This document shows positions 25,688 to 41,390 of a stretch of 64,000 nucleotides of DNA, one piece after another. The translations under genes and the position numbers were made by a program. The notes under the pieces are model-generated. The model saw only the letters and a program-made list of their open reading frames with translations, searched no databases and was not told the origin of the DNA. The DNA comes from Cycas panzhihuaensis. Taxonomy: Eukaryota > Plantae > Cycadophyta. Position 1 is the stretch's first letter. Each line of letters opens with the position of its first letter. Where the stretch lies: the NCBI GenBank assembly GCA_023213395.1, contig CM041465.1:130889741-130953740 (forward strand). The letters run 5' to 3'.

Positions 25688-26192
25688 CTAAGTAGGTAGA
25701 AACATGGGAGTAGGAAAGGGAATGGGAGTGGGTATGTATGCAACTATTTTAAAAATTCTAGGATATAGGGATACAACAAAATTGGGGTTTTCAAAAAATA
25801 TATAGAAAAGTCTGTGGATATAAAAATAAATATGTGACATACATCAAATCTAAAAACAAAAGTGCAAACAAAGTTGGGGCTAGTTTTTAAACTTTCATCT
25901 TTTTTTTTTTTTTTTTTTTCATTTTTCCTTTTTTCTTTAATTATTGAAGATCACATTTTGATTTCTTTACTTTTTGTGGGGTCATATCCTTTTGGTCTAT
26001 TGTAGGACATGTTAAAATATTCTAGATACAATCAATGATAATCCAAGATATGACTAGGATACGGTCCTCGGCGTAGCCTAGTATGAGAAATAGTCATGAT
26101 ATGTATCCACAACATATCCATGGAGTATGCAAGTATCTAGGACATATTAGATATGTGCACAACACCCTCTAGAGTAGTATTTGGCTATATAG
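25688..26192. mobile_element. Old hAT-type MITE (505 bp)
   Basis: Imperfect CTA-starting inverted termini (CTAAGTAGGTAGAAAC / GTATTTGGCTATATAG). The 8-bp flanks ATGTCGAC / ATGCCAAT differ only by transitions. No ORF. Confidence 0.5.
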
Positions 26193-26899
26193 ATGCCAAT
26201 GGATGTTGTTTGTAGCATATAGCAATAGGAGACCTTAGGGTCAAATGGACTTGAGAAACATAACAAAGAAGTCATTTGAACGAACACAGATCAATGAAGG
26301 ACGAAAGACAGAGCATAAAGAATCCCTTGAGATTACAAAATCTTGAATGAGAAGGGACGCCATAGAAATTTTAGATAAAGATAAACCAAAGGTGAAATGA
26401 TTCAGCAAAATTGAAAACCCATAATTGATGAAAATCCAATTCATCGAATTGTAAAAATATTTGCAATTGACATTCGTAAAATTTGGAAAACGTTGGATAA
26501 AAGTATAATTTTTACTTTTCTATGCCTGAGTGACCTTTAATTGTATTTCATAATCATTTTAAATTGGTGGCTAGCCCGTTTTTCGAAACCCCCAGTCTCA
26601 TGGAGCAATAGGGTGCTAAAACCATTTCTGGCTTATTCAATAGCCCAAACTTGGTTATGGAAACATATTCATGAATGCGATTTAATTCTCTATCATTTTG
26701 TAGAGGTCACATGCTATTTTTCTAGCTCTTTGTGTGGTGTTTGAAGTTTTTTTTTTCGCACTTTTTTGGCATTGTTCATAGTAACAAAGGTTTCTAAAGC
26801 ACAACAAATAATAAAAAATCATAGTGTGTGGGGTGTGCCAGGGCTATTTAATGGCTAATTTTGTATGTGATTTATAGATTTTGTGTATTTTTAAAATTC

Positions 26900-29800
26900 C
26901 CCACATGAACATGTTGGGTGGGAATCTATTGAACTTCTAGACAAATAAGTTGGTTGGTGCCAAAAACTATGGCACCTAGAAGCATCAAATGACCAACTTG
27001 TTGCAGATGAAAGGTAGTAAGGTATCTAAACTAGATGAAATAACGGCCACTACTTAGGAAAAGACAAAATTTGAGGCCAAAAATGACTTCACTTTAGGGA
27101 GGATTAAGATGCCCATTAATGAAGCTTTGGTGGAGAATGTCCAAAGAGCAAAGACGCCTAAGGAAGCATGGGAGGCCATTACATTTGTCTTTGAGATGAA
27201 AAATGGTGCAAGAATAATGATTTTAAAGAATCAATTATATAGTCTTAGAATGACAAGTTCAGTGGTTGAGTAAGACCAAATGGTGAAGGGAATCATAAAT
27301 CATTGGGATATTTGGGACACTATTGCAGTGTTGAGGAGTTTGTCAAGGAAGTTTGAGAACTTGTGATGAGTTGTTTCCTGTCAGAAAAAGTAGCAAATAT
27401 CTCATTTATTGAGTTGGAGGCATTGCTATTGCGACATGAGCAAATATTGTTGGGGAATCTTCTGGAGCATTCTCAACAAAGCCAAAGGGTAAGAAATCCT
27501 TAAGTCAAAAGGAGGAGACCCGTCAACAATGGTCTTCTTAGCAGGGACACCCAAAGTTGTGCTAGTACTGTAATAAATTGGGCCATTTCAAAAGGGATTG
27601 TAGGAAGTGGCAAGGTGATCGATAGAACTAGGGGAAGAAGTCGTAGGCAAGGCACATTTCTAGTCAAACTACTTCTTTGAGTGACAAAGGTAAAAAAAAA
27701 ACTCTTCATGGCACTTTCACAGACAAGTCCAAAGGTATATGATGTCTAATATATTGATTGAGGAGATTTTAGGCCCATTATAATTAGGTTTGAATGCTTC
27801 AGACACGTGGGAGGTACTAGGCAGACAGTCACATTGGGAGATAATAAAGTACTAAAGGTAGAGGAGATACAATAGATGCTATTTATTGCATTTGATGGAG
27901 AAGACTATTCTGCATTGAGGATGCGTTGTACGTGCTAGGGTTGAAGAAGAATTTGATTTCCATTAGGTAGATTGAAGACAACAACATGAGTGTCTCGTCA
28001 AGGATGGGATGGGTATTATTAGTGATCATAATGGGAAAGTTTTTACAATAGGTGTCAGAGATGGTGGTCTTTATAGACTCCTAGGAAAATATGTAAATGA
28101 AAGAGCATTAATTGTTGATATATCTTATAAAATTCAATTGTAGCATGAAATAATGGGGCATTTGCACTACTCCTATCTGCATCTTATGCATAAATTGAAT
28201 ATGGTACCTAGTCTTCGAAAACTCAAACCAATGGACGATGTTTGTGAACATTGTATCATGCGAATGCAACACAAGGAGGAATTCTAGGAAGGCAAAAGCT
28301 TAGAGAGCAATCGAAAAGTTAACCCTTGACCACTCAAACATTTGTGGTCTAATGCCAAGCACTTTAATTAGAGGTGCAAAATATTTTTTGACCTTCATCA
28401 ATGATTTTTCAAGGAAAGTTTGGTTCTATCCCATAAAAGAGAAATCCTAGACCTTGGACATTTTCAAGGAGTTCAAAGTGAAAGTGGACAATGAAAGTGG
28501 TCAGAGGTTGAAAATCCTCAGATTAGATAATGAGGGAGAATACATCTTCAAAGCCTTTGTCCAGTTTTGTAAGGACCATGGGATCAAAAAGCTTAACAAC
28601 AACATATACACCTCAACATAATGGATTTGTTGAGAAGATGAATAAGACTTTGGTTGAAAAGGCCAAGTCGATGATAAAAGCAGAAAATCTCTCAAAATCA
28701 TTTTGGGCTAAAGTAGTTTGCATAGTAGCCTATTTGACTAATTGGAGTTTGATGAAGGTTGTTTAGAACATGATATTAGAAGAAGCTTGGTGAGGGAAAA
28801 AGCCAACAATGAGCCATCTTAGAATCCTTGGGAGCACTCCATATGTGTTCATTCCAAAGGACAAATGGCAAAAATTTGATGGCAAGAGTTCCAAGAGTTA
28901 GTGAAGAAAGCAAAGTGTACCAAGTGTTTGAGTTGGCAATCTTCTAAAAAGGTTCATACAACTTGGGCTGTCATCTTTGAAGAAAGTGATAAGAAGGATG
29001 TTGACCTAGACACTTTGAATATGTGGCAAGACAAAGGGAAGCAGATCGTAGAACAATTAGAATCTAGTTCTTTTAGGCAACAACTTGTTGAGGGAAAGTC
29101 TAAGCAGGAGCTAGCTAGTGCATTAATAGAAGCCGAATTGGAAGGTGAGGAGGAGTATCAAGATGGTTAAGAGTCACAACCTAAAGTGTAGCCTAAGATG
29201 GCTCCACCTACCAAGAACTCCCCAAGTGGTATTTGAAAACCATAGTATAAGCCCAATTACTCGAGACTGAAGGGAAGTGAAAGTTGAGGATGAGACCTGA
29301 TATTGTCATCTTTGCTTTGATGGTAGATGTGCTTAATGTTGAAGAGCCTTTAAGTTTTGAGGAGGTTTGCTAGGGGCAAAAGTGGAGAATAACAATAGAT
29401 ACTAAAATTCTTGTTATGAGGCAGGACAAGACTTGGGACTTGGTTGAATTGCCAACAAGCAAATAGGCCATTGGTTGTGAATGGGTTTACAAGACCAAAT
29501 TCAAATGTGATGGCTCAGTTGACAAATGCAAAATTAGATTGGTATCAAAGGGTTTCAAGCAGACCAATGGTAATGATTACTAGGAAACATTCGTTGTATT
29601 AGCAAAGATGGTGACGATTGGACTAACACTGATGATAGTTGCTTAGGTCAAATGGCAACCATATCAATTTGATGTTAACAGTGCCTTTTTGAATGGAGTT
29701 CTTGTGGAGAAAGTCTATATGGAGCAACCATTTTGGCATGCTACAAAGGATAGAGAGCACCTTGTGTGTTGCTTGAAGAAAGCTTTGTGTGATTTGAAGC

Positions 29801-31200
29801 AGGCTCCAAGAGCCCGATATTCTAAGATCGATCAATATTTTCTAAAGAATGGGTTTGAGAGGTTGCCAATTCATCCAAACCTATATATTAAAGTTGAAAG
29901 TAAACATTCAATCTTTTTTGTGGTTTTGTATGTGGATGATCTTGTGACCATGTGTAACAATACCTTAAAGGTTGAAAACTTCAAGAAAACTTTTGAGATT
30001 ATAGATCTTGGACTACTCCACTGCTTCTTGGCAGTAGAAATTTGGCAAAAGCTTAGAAAATCATGATTTCACAAGCTAAGTATGCATGGGAGATTCTAAA
30101 GAAATCCAGAATGGAGAATTGTAATCTTGCCCATTTAAAATTGTTAGCTTAGTATGACGAAGATTGAGTAGATGGCACTATGTATAGGTAGTTAGTTGGT
30201 AACTTGATTTATTTGGCTACAACTAGGCCTAATATCTCCTTTATAGTTGCTACAGTGTCAGGTCCATGTTAGAGCGAAAGCAAAGCGACTGGGGAATTAA
30301 AAAGAGGATTCTTAGATATTTGTAGGGAACTTTGCATTATGGATTGGAGTTCAGATATAATGAAAGTTTGAGGCTTGAAGGGCATTCAGATTTTGATTGG
30401 TTTGGATGTGATGATGGCAGGAGGTCCACTTCAAGTTATTGCTTTAATTGGGTTTCACTATTGTCACTTGGAACAACAAGAAGTAGTTGAATGCTGCATT
30501 GTCTTCTACCAAGGCAAACTACAAATCTATAATTGCAACAACTTGTGAGGTTGTTTAGTTGAGATAGGTCCTTGGTGATTTGGGACTTCATTAGGATGAA
30601 GTGACTACATTGTATTGTGACAAAAGTACTTTGAAGATTGCTAAGAATCCAGTGTTCCATGCTTACACCAAACACATTGATGTGCACCACCATTTCATCT
30701 TGGAGTAAATCCAAAATGAAGAGGTTGAGCTCGTATTCAAACTTACTGAAGAACAATTGGCAAATACCTTCAGCAAATCCTTGGCTAAAGTCAAATTTGA
30801 CAAATTCAAATTTTGTATTGGTGTCAAAGGCAATGATTTAAACATTAAGGGGGAGTGTGAGAATTCATGTTTACATTATTAGAATTGTGGGTTCTAATAG
30901 GTTACTTGTGAGTCATCAGACTAGTTGGTGAGTTGCATGGTTATCATTCAATTGGTGACACATGTCTAGGAGTCATATTAGATCTTTAATAGGCATACCA
31001 GAAGTGTCAAGGCGGTTATAGGTTGTTTGTGGACCCTTAGTAATCCTACTTGTATATATATTTGTATTCCACTTTGTACATTAACATCTGAGTATTTTGA
31101 ATGAATATTCCACTTGAAAATTTGATCTGACTACATTTTCAATCTGGCTCACTCTTGGTTCAATCACACATCAGAGTCAATCCTTTAATAGTTCCTTTTC
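26900..31200 (+). mobile_element. Heavily decayed Ty1/Copia element I (5' LTR not found)
   Basis: Remnants of gag, IN (LRLDNEGEY, PQHNGFVEK), RT (LKQAPRA, YVDDL) and RH (HAYTKHIDVHHHF). PPT CATTAAGGGGGAG, then TG at 30856. Ends approximate. Confidence 0.85.
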
Positions 31201-32749
31201 ATGATAACTTGAAGTCAATTATCTTGTAAGAAATCTTTTAAAAACATTTCCATGAAAGTTGGGATAATGCAGAAAAAATTCTCATGGAGTTACTATAAAA
31301 CTATTGTTCAAATTCTAAAATTGATAACTTGTATTTAATTGCCCATTTTCCAATATAATCTTGTTGGAACCTTTCCTACCAATTGTTTAGATTGGAACTC
31401 ATTAATTTACCAATGTTTTGTACCAATATGCCTGATCCTCATTATGGTCCAAAACATTTTGCCTATACTTGTTCTTGGATCTGTTTATAAAACTTTTGGG
31501 ACTTTGACATGAAAGTTGCCATCGATTTCATTGTGGAACTGCTACTATGCTTCCAATAGTAGTTGTTGAGTCGGGTGTTTGTGGGGGAGGGGGGGAGGGA
31601 GTGGGAAGAAAGGAAAAACAATAAAGGTAAAGAAAAGAAAAGGTTAAAAGGAAAAAAAGAGGGAACTCTCATCAATGAAAATCCGCTATCATCAAAATGA
31701 GAAGTTGGTTCTCCAAAATGAAGTCTTAGTCTCTTAATGTAGTCATATGACCATCATTAATGCACATTAGTTGTATGATTAGGTTGGATAGCTATACCAA
31801 TGAATGTTTGACCTCATTTAATGTAAAATCCCTTTCTTTAATGTGGTTGTACTCTATTAAATGTAGTCAACCTTCTTGCCATTTGTCATATGCCTCATTT
31901 GTCTTTTTGAATCATATTCTAGGGCTATACAACCATCGTAATGCTTGCGAACTGCTTTGTGGTTTTCCTAGGGATGTGCTTTCTCTTGAATCAATTCATG
32001 CATAATTAATTGATTCAATAAATACTTGAAACTATCTCTTAGGCACTTGCCTCGATGTTCATAGTTACGGTCTTCACCTTCACGAATTTCAAATCTTACA
32101 ATTTATTAATGGCACTAGTTGTCATTTTCTTTTTTTTCTTTCCCTCCTTAAAGCCTATGTTACTAGAAATATATTGGATACATTTTTGTGGCCACTTCCA
32201 ATTCTACATTTCTATCAATTGATTGATGTTCCCTTAGTCACACCAACATTAAGGGCCTACAAACACCATCTATTGAGCCCACATGGCAGGTGGGCCCTAC
32301 AAAACATGTTAAAATTAATTTTTTAGTTGTTTTTAGTTTTTATTTTTTTGAAGTTTCCTTTTTGTGTTTTTTGGAGAAAAACAGAAGTATAAGGGGAAAA
32401 AAAAGTTCACGATATTGAAACAAACAAGAATTTGCAAAACTACTTCTACAAAACAATGCGCAAATATTGTGGGTTCAAAACAATGGGCCAAAAAACCATG
32501 TACTAAAAACAACGCCCCAGAAACCATTGGCTAAGCCCATGGTTTTTTGTGTATGGTTTCTTGAACTCCATAGCTTTTTTATAGCTATTTTGGGTTCAAC
32601 TTTAGCTCATGCATCTAAAATTCTTAGAACTGTTTTGCTGCATTTTTCTTCTTATTTTCTAGCATGTTTGTAAGTGATTCTACTTGTTTGCATTGTGTAA
32701 ATGACTTCATAATCTTCTATTGGCAGTGGCCATGGTGAGATGGAGATCA

Positions 32750-34650
32750 ACTATTTTCTCCTTTGGAAGAATGTGACGAAAATTTCATCATTTGTAGGAG
32801 TAGCATCTTATGCATGAAGGTGCAATGTCTCTGAGGATGGTCCATCTCAAGGCTTCTATTCCAAAGGGAAGCACTACTTGCTTCATGAGCCAAATAAAAG
32901 GCTTATTGCATGCCCGCAATTGTCTCTATCAATCATCAAGAAATACTAGAAAGAGGTGGAAAACATGTTGTATGCCAAAGCAATGGAAAATCAAGCAACA
33001 CAAGGTGAGGGGTCCTTATCAACTATTGGAGCTATAATGGAGAGAGTTATGGAGGAATTCAAAAGGAGGGCACCACCTTAAATAGTCCTAATAGCATTGA
33101 TGTTCAATGTACATGGGAGGGAGGAAATGGGCACCAGAGTGCCACGTTATATCTGTTCATGTGGGCTTCCTTTCAACATGGTTCTCTCACTATATTGGCA
33201 AGATATGGTGTGAGCCATCAACATGGCATCACAAGGTTATATAAGCCCAAACTCTACGAGGATTTGCACCATAGCTTTTTAGAAAGAGTGATGTTAAGTG
33301 GAATCCATGTGGGTGTTCGTTAAGGCTTCTTAGAGAAATTTCTATATACTTATTATAGTTGATGAGTAGATTGGTCAAGCTAACAAGCTATTATTGAATG
33401 TCATTGCCATGTCACTAAAGGGCGACATGTTTGTTAGGGCCATTGATTGCATGGGAGAGATGAAGGATGTTGATTTTCTTGCTATCATTTTCATTCAAGC
33501 AATAGATTTTGTGATTGCTCACGATGTTGCACAAGTGATCACAGATAATCCTTTTGTTTGTAGAGTTGTTGGTATGTTGGTGGAGGGCAAGTATTGATGT
33601 CTTTTGGACCCCTTGCATCATCCACAGTTTGAACCTGGTTCTAAGGGAAATGACAACAGAGGAGGCTTATCCACCTTTGGTGGTGATCGGAGTGTATTGT
33701 AAGTAAGCAAGGGAGATCCAAAGATTTGCCATTGGCTACCGTGCCTCCTAATCAATCTTTTAACAATATTCAACGTTGGAGTTACTAAAGGTTGTCAATG
33801 TTGGTTTTGTTTTTCATTGCATTATGTTGAGGCATTTGATCGAGGTTAAGACTACGTTGATGCATATAGTGATAGGTCCAGAATGGCAATTTTGGAGGCA
33901 AGCCAATATTGAAAAGCGTTAATGGTGAACGAAATAGTTTTTTATGAGATTTGATGAGAGATGTGTAGTTCATCCTCAATATATGGGAATTTGTAATAGC
34001 CTTGCTTCGTAAGACTGAAGACTAATATTGGCAAGCCTTGTTCGGAGTAATCTATGATGACATCGACACAATTTTTGCTGCAAAGCAGCTTGGTCATGAA
34101 GAAGTTTGGTAGGAAATTCATGGCATAGTGAATGCAAGGTGGGATATATTCAACACCCACTTGTACACTTTGGCTTATGCATTGAATCCAAGGAATTATG
34201 ACATTTCCTACATTGAGTTTAGTGTTAATGGGAAGTCCCCACACAAGGATAAAGATGCCTCCAATGGTTTTAGACCAACCATTAGAAAATTGTGTCTGGA
34301 TATTGATGATGCCTTGCAATTTCGAAGAGAATTTTCCAACTTTGCTAATGGAACCAAAGCAACATTTGGACATGTGTAGGCATTAGTGGATAGGAGCAAA
34401 ATGGATCTAATCTTTACAGTAGACGATTAATAGTACAAGGGTTGAGATGATGCAATCACTTACGATTCATATTCTTTCATAAGTGGTAAGCTGCTCTTCA
34501 GTAGAGAGGAATTCGAGCACATATGGCCTCATTCACTCTGTGAAGAGAATATTCATTCCAACCTTTGCCTTCTTTTTCAAGGAAAGGAGGATTACACTAA
34601 GGAGGGGCCTTAGTTTTGGGATGTTGACTCTAAAAGCAGAGATTTGGAAT
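32750..34650 (+). pseudogene. hAT transposase remnant (DUF659-type core and C-terminal dimerisation motif)
   Basis: GLPFN, VAQVITDN, WTPCIIHSLNL, LAYALNP and SSVERNSSTYGLIHSVKR motifs; many stops. Confidence 0.85.
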
Positions 34651-34955
34651 ATAATCACTTCCACGCCTTTGATCCTTTTCACCTGTTATCTCCTAGTCCT
34701 ACTCTTACATCACTTTCTTCGGGAGAAGGATCTTCTTTAGCAGTTGTTGCATTATCCTATCAAGTTCATTCTTTCAAAGATCTTGATGATTTTTTTGATA
34801 TATGATGATAAATTTAATGTGTGTTGTAAATTTACATTTGAGTTTTGATGTCATTTTATAATAGTGATGCCCTAATTATTTAAATGCATGTCCAATTTAT
34901 GTTTGAATTTTGTATTTTTTATTTGTAAATGGATAGGTTAATAGATTAATATGCA

Positions 34956-34956
<1 letters not shown>

Positions 34957-35008
<52 letters not shown>
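34957..35008. repeat. Compound (CT)n(CA)n microsatellite inside the hAT element
   Basis: Directly visible. Confidence 0.95.
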
Positions 35009-35012
<4 letters not shown>

Positions 35013-36552
35013 CATTTCCACATTTTTGGGTAGTGGTGTTTTTGCATTTCCCTGTTTCCATTTTCACATTTCTAGTAACTTAGCTTAAAGCCCTAAATTG
35101 ATCTTTTACTTTCTGGCAATTTCCTAGGCTTCTCACATAACCTAAACAAGAGCATTTTTGTGTCATTGGAAACTCTATGTTCCTCGATAATTCCACATTT
35201 TTAAAACATTGAAACTCGAAAATGCTCCCAAAACTCCAATAAAACCTTTTGGAAACATTTTCAAGCTACTTTCATTTCCCATAATTGTTTCTTCAACATT
35301 TCTAGTTAAAAACACCTTTTTAGTTTTGTTTTTAGGAAAATAATTCCATGGTTGAGGTCTACATGGTAGGTGGGCCCCACTAACTACTAATCCTAACTAC
35401 TAAAAATTAGAATAACATATAAACAATTGAAAACACTCGATTGATTTTTTTTTTTCATGCTCTGTATTTAATAATGTATGTGTATATAATTTGATTTCTG
35501 GATGCATGGTTAAATATATTTTATATATATATATTTTACAAATTTTTTAGAAGACCCCTGATCTGATGTTTTCACATTTCTAAACTTTTTGAAAATTGAT
35601 GTTGTTGGGACCCATTTTGTTAGTAAGGGTAAATGGTGGATATTATGTTGTCAAAAAGAAATTAGTTAGGTTTTGTAGTTAGAAGTGGTTACCAAATGAC
35701 TTAACGACAGTTCCAAAGAGTATATATATGTAATGAGGACATACGAGGGGCAGGCGATGTGGCGCATCTTGATCGTAGTGGGTGGTACCAAAGTAGCATG
35801 GGATGATTACATCGTGCTTCTGTATAACCCGTTTTGATATAATATATTTGGTGTTATGTACATTTTGTGTTATGTTTCTGAATGTTGTTCATATCTTATT
35901 CATATGTTGCCATAGTTGAGTACTGTTCATATTATATTGATCGTGTTGCAATACCATCTAATCTCTTCCTGGTACAAACCCATATTTTTATAGTTAACAT
36001 CTGGCATCGTTGCCGACCTAGAAACGAGATAAAGATGGATAGATTAAGGTATTGAGCAAGTTTGGATGTAGATGACGATCTGTAACCATTAGGGAAATCA
36101 AACAACATTGTGCGAGTTAAATTTTGTCCAATTTTCAGAAGAAGACATCAGGATCATTATCAAATTGAAACCTTTCTTGCTAAGGAAAGGTATTATCGAG
36201 TAATACTTGGATGATATCATCATTCAAGAAGTAGTAATGCTCGCAAGTATTGTGGAATATCTTTGTTCTAATGCACGATTCAGAACAACGTGCATTAAAC
36301 AACAAGGATCAAAAACATTAACATAGATCGATTGGTCAATCATCAAAAGAAGGCAACAAGTCTAGCAAGCCTGGAAGCAACAAAACGACTCTAATTCAGA
36401 TTTAAGAGAGATTGAGGAAGCATTTGCACATTTAAGTTTATGAGGAAAAGAGCAGTCATTTATTGACGTGCAAGAACAAGAACATACCACTCTAAGACAA
36501 AAAAGGGCCTGGTTCTGGAATTATTACGGACGAAAAAGAAAGAAGCGTACAG

Positions 36553-39500
36553 ATGGCTTCAAACAACGAAGACTACAACAATTTAAGCATGCAAGATCCC
36601 CAACAAAATCGTCAGAATCCTCATCAACAATGGCAACATCATCCACAATGGCGAAAGGAGGTGCAAAGCAAAAATTACCAACCTTTAACAGGAAAGCAGA
36701 ATAAGACCCAACTAGACATTGTAATGTATATGAAACAATATGGATGGCTAATGGCAAAACAGATAAAGACCACTGGTTACAATCATTTCCAACCATGTTA
36801 TGGGATGTTGCAAACGATTGTTTTAAAGAATTCAAAGATGGCCACGTTAAGAATTGGACCACTTTACAAGAAGCATTCAAGAAAGAATTTAGATTGCTGT
36901 AAGATGATAGTGAGGTGGTCGATCAAATTTATAATCTCAAACAAGGAACTAAAGAAATAGTACGAAGTTATAATACAAAGCTGAAAAAGTCTAGTCAAGA
37001 AAATAGAAAGCGAAGTAACAGATGGATTAAGGAAAAGATGGTTTTAGAAGGTACTCCCAAAATATAGAATAAAACTACAAGTGGTTCCCCTTGCGTCATA
37101 TCAGGAAGTAGTAGACCGTGCTACGAGCCCCTGGAGATTGAAGAAAAAGCGGAAGGCTGGCACCAAGAGAAAGTGATTGAAGTCGAAACAAAGACGAATC
37201 CTCTATTGAAACCTTAAGGGAAGATTTGATGAGGATGTTAAAAGATTTTAAACAGTCAACTTAAAGAAAGATGCCACATATGGTGTATTAAATGCCAAAC
37301 TGAAGGACACATGGAGTTAAAATGTTTGGAAAATCAAGGATTCAAATATTTCTACGTCTGTAAAATGAGCAATCATGATATCGACGAATGTGGTTTTAAC
37401 ATCTGTGCATGTAGGAGACAAGAGTGGGACATCTTCTTTACTCGTCAAGAAACTAACGGACCACCTCTCGGAAGGGGGCACGGATCAGGCCGCCCAATAC
37501 AACGAGACCCTCGAGGACGACCAATGGTTCAATGTTTCTAATGCAAATTGTGGGGACACTTTAGCAGGGACTGTCCCAACCTGGAAAGCAATGCCTCAAC
37601 ATTATGCTGATGGTGCACGCCGGGCAATCGTGATGATAACCATTGCCCTAAACAACAAAACAAAAATGTCAGTCTTGTAGGAGTAATGGTCGAGGATGAA
37701 GTTCAAACATTACCAACATATGCGGTCTATACAGGGAGGGCCAAGCAATCAGAGTACTCGGAACCTGATAAGGAAAAATAACAATTACATCAAGCTAAGG
37801 AATTGATACAATCAATATAAGAATAAGAACACGATATGGTCATGAGAAGTTCAGAGCCCACGAAATCAACAATGGCGATAAAAGGTAGTAAGGAAACCAC
37901 TATCCTGACCCTAGATCAATTTCTATAAAGCGAGATAACTGTAAAATTCTCGACAGTACTCGAACACGATGATTTGCTATTACAAGCATTAGAAGATTAC
38001 ATACAACAAATGAGGTTAAAAAAGACAAAAATTGTACAAGAAATGCTAAAAGATTGCACAAATCTTGATAAGTCAGTAGTATATGAACCCCAAGAATATC
38101 ATGTACGTTCTCTTAGGATGGACCAGGACATAATCGTTTCATTGAATGTACTAGGACATGTACTTCATCATATAGTAATTGATAGCGGGGTAGCAATAAA
38201 CATCATCCTAATAACATCTTGGCAAAGAATCGAGAGACCTACACTATGGCCCCCTACATTTCGACTATAGTTGGTTGATCAACATGGCGTACAACCACTA
38301 GGCATGACGTGGGCATAGAATGTGCAAATTGGAAACCAAGAATTTGTAGTAGATTTTGTTGTGATCTCTATGATTGACAAAATACCTCCACATTATGAGG
38401 CACTTTTGGGCTGACCATGGTTACGGACGTCACACGTACTCCAAAATTGGGGATGCAATACATTAACGATTAAGCGGAAGGGGAAGAAACAATTAATTAA
38501 TTTGAATCGTCATACTATAAACGAAGAATTAATAGATTCTAGTTCTTCGAATGAAGACAATGACGATATTGACAATGATGAATGTACTAGAAGTACTAAA
38601 GAGGATCAACATCCTCTAAGTACAATATTTGATAATGATAATATATGTGAATTGATTGAAGGTTTTTTGTATTTGGACCCATGTTCGGAAGATGAGACAT
38701 AATCAACTAGTGGATTATTTCATTGGCAACACCAAGAATATGGAATGTATTCATGCTATTTAGTCTAAATAGAACCGCTAAATGACAAGAGTGTTTTCTA
38801 GATTCAAAATACCGGTGATCACTATGAATATCCTAACCATTTTTATGAAATTACCAAAGGAAACCAAACAGCACTCCAAAATCCAGCATATAATTTTAAC
38901 AAGAATGAAATTTTCTATGAGGAAGCATCACAACAACCTGTAAATTTGGGCATTGAACACAACAAACAGACAATAATGATGGGGAACACTTGGGATCCAA
39001 CATTGGTGGTAGCAGCAATAAAGATTTTTGTACAATATAAGGATGTTTTTGCTTGGACATATAAGGATTTAAAAGGGATACCAAGGGAACTATGTGAACA
39101 TAATATTGAATTAATACCAGGATCAAAACTGGTAAAACATAGGCCATACCAAATGAATCCTAAATATGCAAAACAAGTGGATACAGAAATCAGGAAAATG
39201 TTGGACATAGGAATTATATTTAAACTTGAAATGAGTGGTTGGGTGTCGCCAATAGTAGTAGTTCCCAAGAAAATTGGAAAACTACGTATTTGTGTTGATT
39301 TTCGGAAATTGAATGTAGTAACTTGTAAAGACCCATTTTCCATACCATTTACTAACACCATATTGGAAGAAGTTGTGGGACATGAGGTGTATTCTTTTTT
39401 AGACAGCTTCTCAGGTTACAATCAAATAAGCATTACTGAAAAAGATAAGTTAAAAACCACATTTATCACACAAACTGGAATTTTTGCATACAATTGAATG

Positions 39501-41390
39501 CCTTTTGGATTGTGTAACGTTCCTGCTACATTTCAACAAATCATCGTGCATATATTTGATCAGTTATCATCAAAATTAGTGAAATTATTTTTGGATGACT
39601 GGTCCATCTATGGTAACATTAAAGAACACATTTCACTATTGATCAAATGTTTGGAAATTTGTCAAAAAACCAGATTATCATTAAATCTAGAAAAATGTCA
39701 ATTCTTAGTGCCATACGACAAGTTGTTGGGACATATTGTATGTGCTCGAGGGTTGAAAACAGATCTAGATAAAATTAAAGTCATGGTAAATCTGGTGCCG
39801 CCATCAAACAGTGTGGAGGTACGAATCTTTCTTGGACACATAGGATATTACCATCGGTTTGTAAAAGGATTCACTCACATTGCACATCCCCTAGAAGAGT
39901 TGTTACGAAAAGGGGCAAGTTTCACTTGGGGAAACAAACAACAAAAAACATTTAAAGATTTTAAATGTAGACTTATTACAACCTGAATTCTAGCTCATCC
40001 AGATTGGACAAAGGAATTTCATATTCATGTAGACACATTACAGATAACAATCTAATGAACACTTGCTCAAGAGGGTATTCACAAGTTTGACTTACCCATC
40101 TACTACACTAGCAGAAGATTGAATAGAGCAGAAAAGAACTATTCAACAACCGAAAGAGAAGCATGGGAAATGATTTATGCCATGCAAAAATTCTAACATT
40201 ATCTCCTAGCGAATTATTTTGTATTTTTTGTAGACCACCAAGCTCTTTTATACATGATCAACAAGCCCATCATGCAGGGAAGAATAAGTCAGCGGTTAAT
40301 ATTGCTCCAAGAATTTAATTTCAAGGTAGTAGTTCGACTCGGTCGCAAGCATGTAACCACCGATCATTTGTCAAGAATTCATATCGTTGAAGAACCTTAT
40401 GGAGTAAATGATGATTTTCTAGATGCTAAATGTTTTCACATAATAGCAACTCCACCAAGTTATGATGATCTAACAACATACTTAAGTACAAGATCATTAC
40501 CGGCATATATGCCCTTACAGCAATGTAGAGACCTTGTGAAAAAAGCAGCACCTTATCAACCAATAGGCGGATTTTTGTACAAATTAGGAAAAGATTGTGT
40601 TAAGACGATGTGTAATGCTAGAAGAAGTGCCAGCAATAATCAACGAGGCTCATCAAGGCACGATTGACGGTCATGTTGGACCCAAAACCACGACTAAAAA
40701 AATATTATTATTAAGATTATGGTGGCTGCAATTATTCAAGGACACAAAAGAATATGTTTTGAAATGTGATATTTGTCAACGAATGGGCTGCCCCCTAGAA
40801 CATGATTTTATGCCCTTACAACCATCTTTAGCTCAAGGAGTTTTTGAATGTTGATGATTAGATTTTGTAGGGCCTTTCAAACATGTCGCACGAGAGACAC
40901 AGGCAAAATATATCATAGTAGCAACAGATTACCTCACAAAGCGGGTCGAGGCAAAAGCACTTCGAGATAACTTTGTACGAAGCACAACTATATTCCTGTA
41001 TGACAACATTATCACCGGATTTGGATGCTCGTTAGAGTTCATAAGTGATAGAGGAACACATTTATCAATGACACAATTCACTACTTAACCCAAGAATTCA
41101 TGATACTACATCATAAGTCGACGCCTTATTATCCATGAGCTAATGGACAAGCGAAGTCAAGTAATAAAATAATAGTCACAATGTTAACAAAACTGTGTAA
41201 TATGAATAGAAACGACTGGGCAGAACAACCACATTCAATTCTATGGGCTTTTAGGACCTCTTACAAAACTACAACCGAGCATATGCCATTCAAGTTGGTT
41301 TATGGCATGGAAGTAGTGCTTCCCATAGAATTCATAGTGCCAAGCTTAAAGGTTATGGTGCAACAACGATGGCTAGATTCAGCTCGTATT
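36553..41390 (+). pseudogene. Disrupted gag-pol of F (IN C-terminus continues at 51013-51330)
   Basis: VIDSGVAINI, SPIVVVPKK..LRICVDFRKLN, MPFGLCN, FLDDW, YSTTERE, H..GH/CDICQR and LDFVGP motifs. Confidence 0.92.

Larger units (their letters stand above)
32155..35083 (+). mobile_element. hAT DNA transposon (2929 bp) with decayed transposase
   Basis: 16-bp TIRs CTATGTTACTAGAAAT / ATTTCTAGTAACTTAG (1 mismatch). Perfect 8-bp TSD CTTAAAGC at 32147-32154 and 35084-35091. Confidence 0.93.
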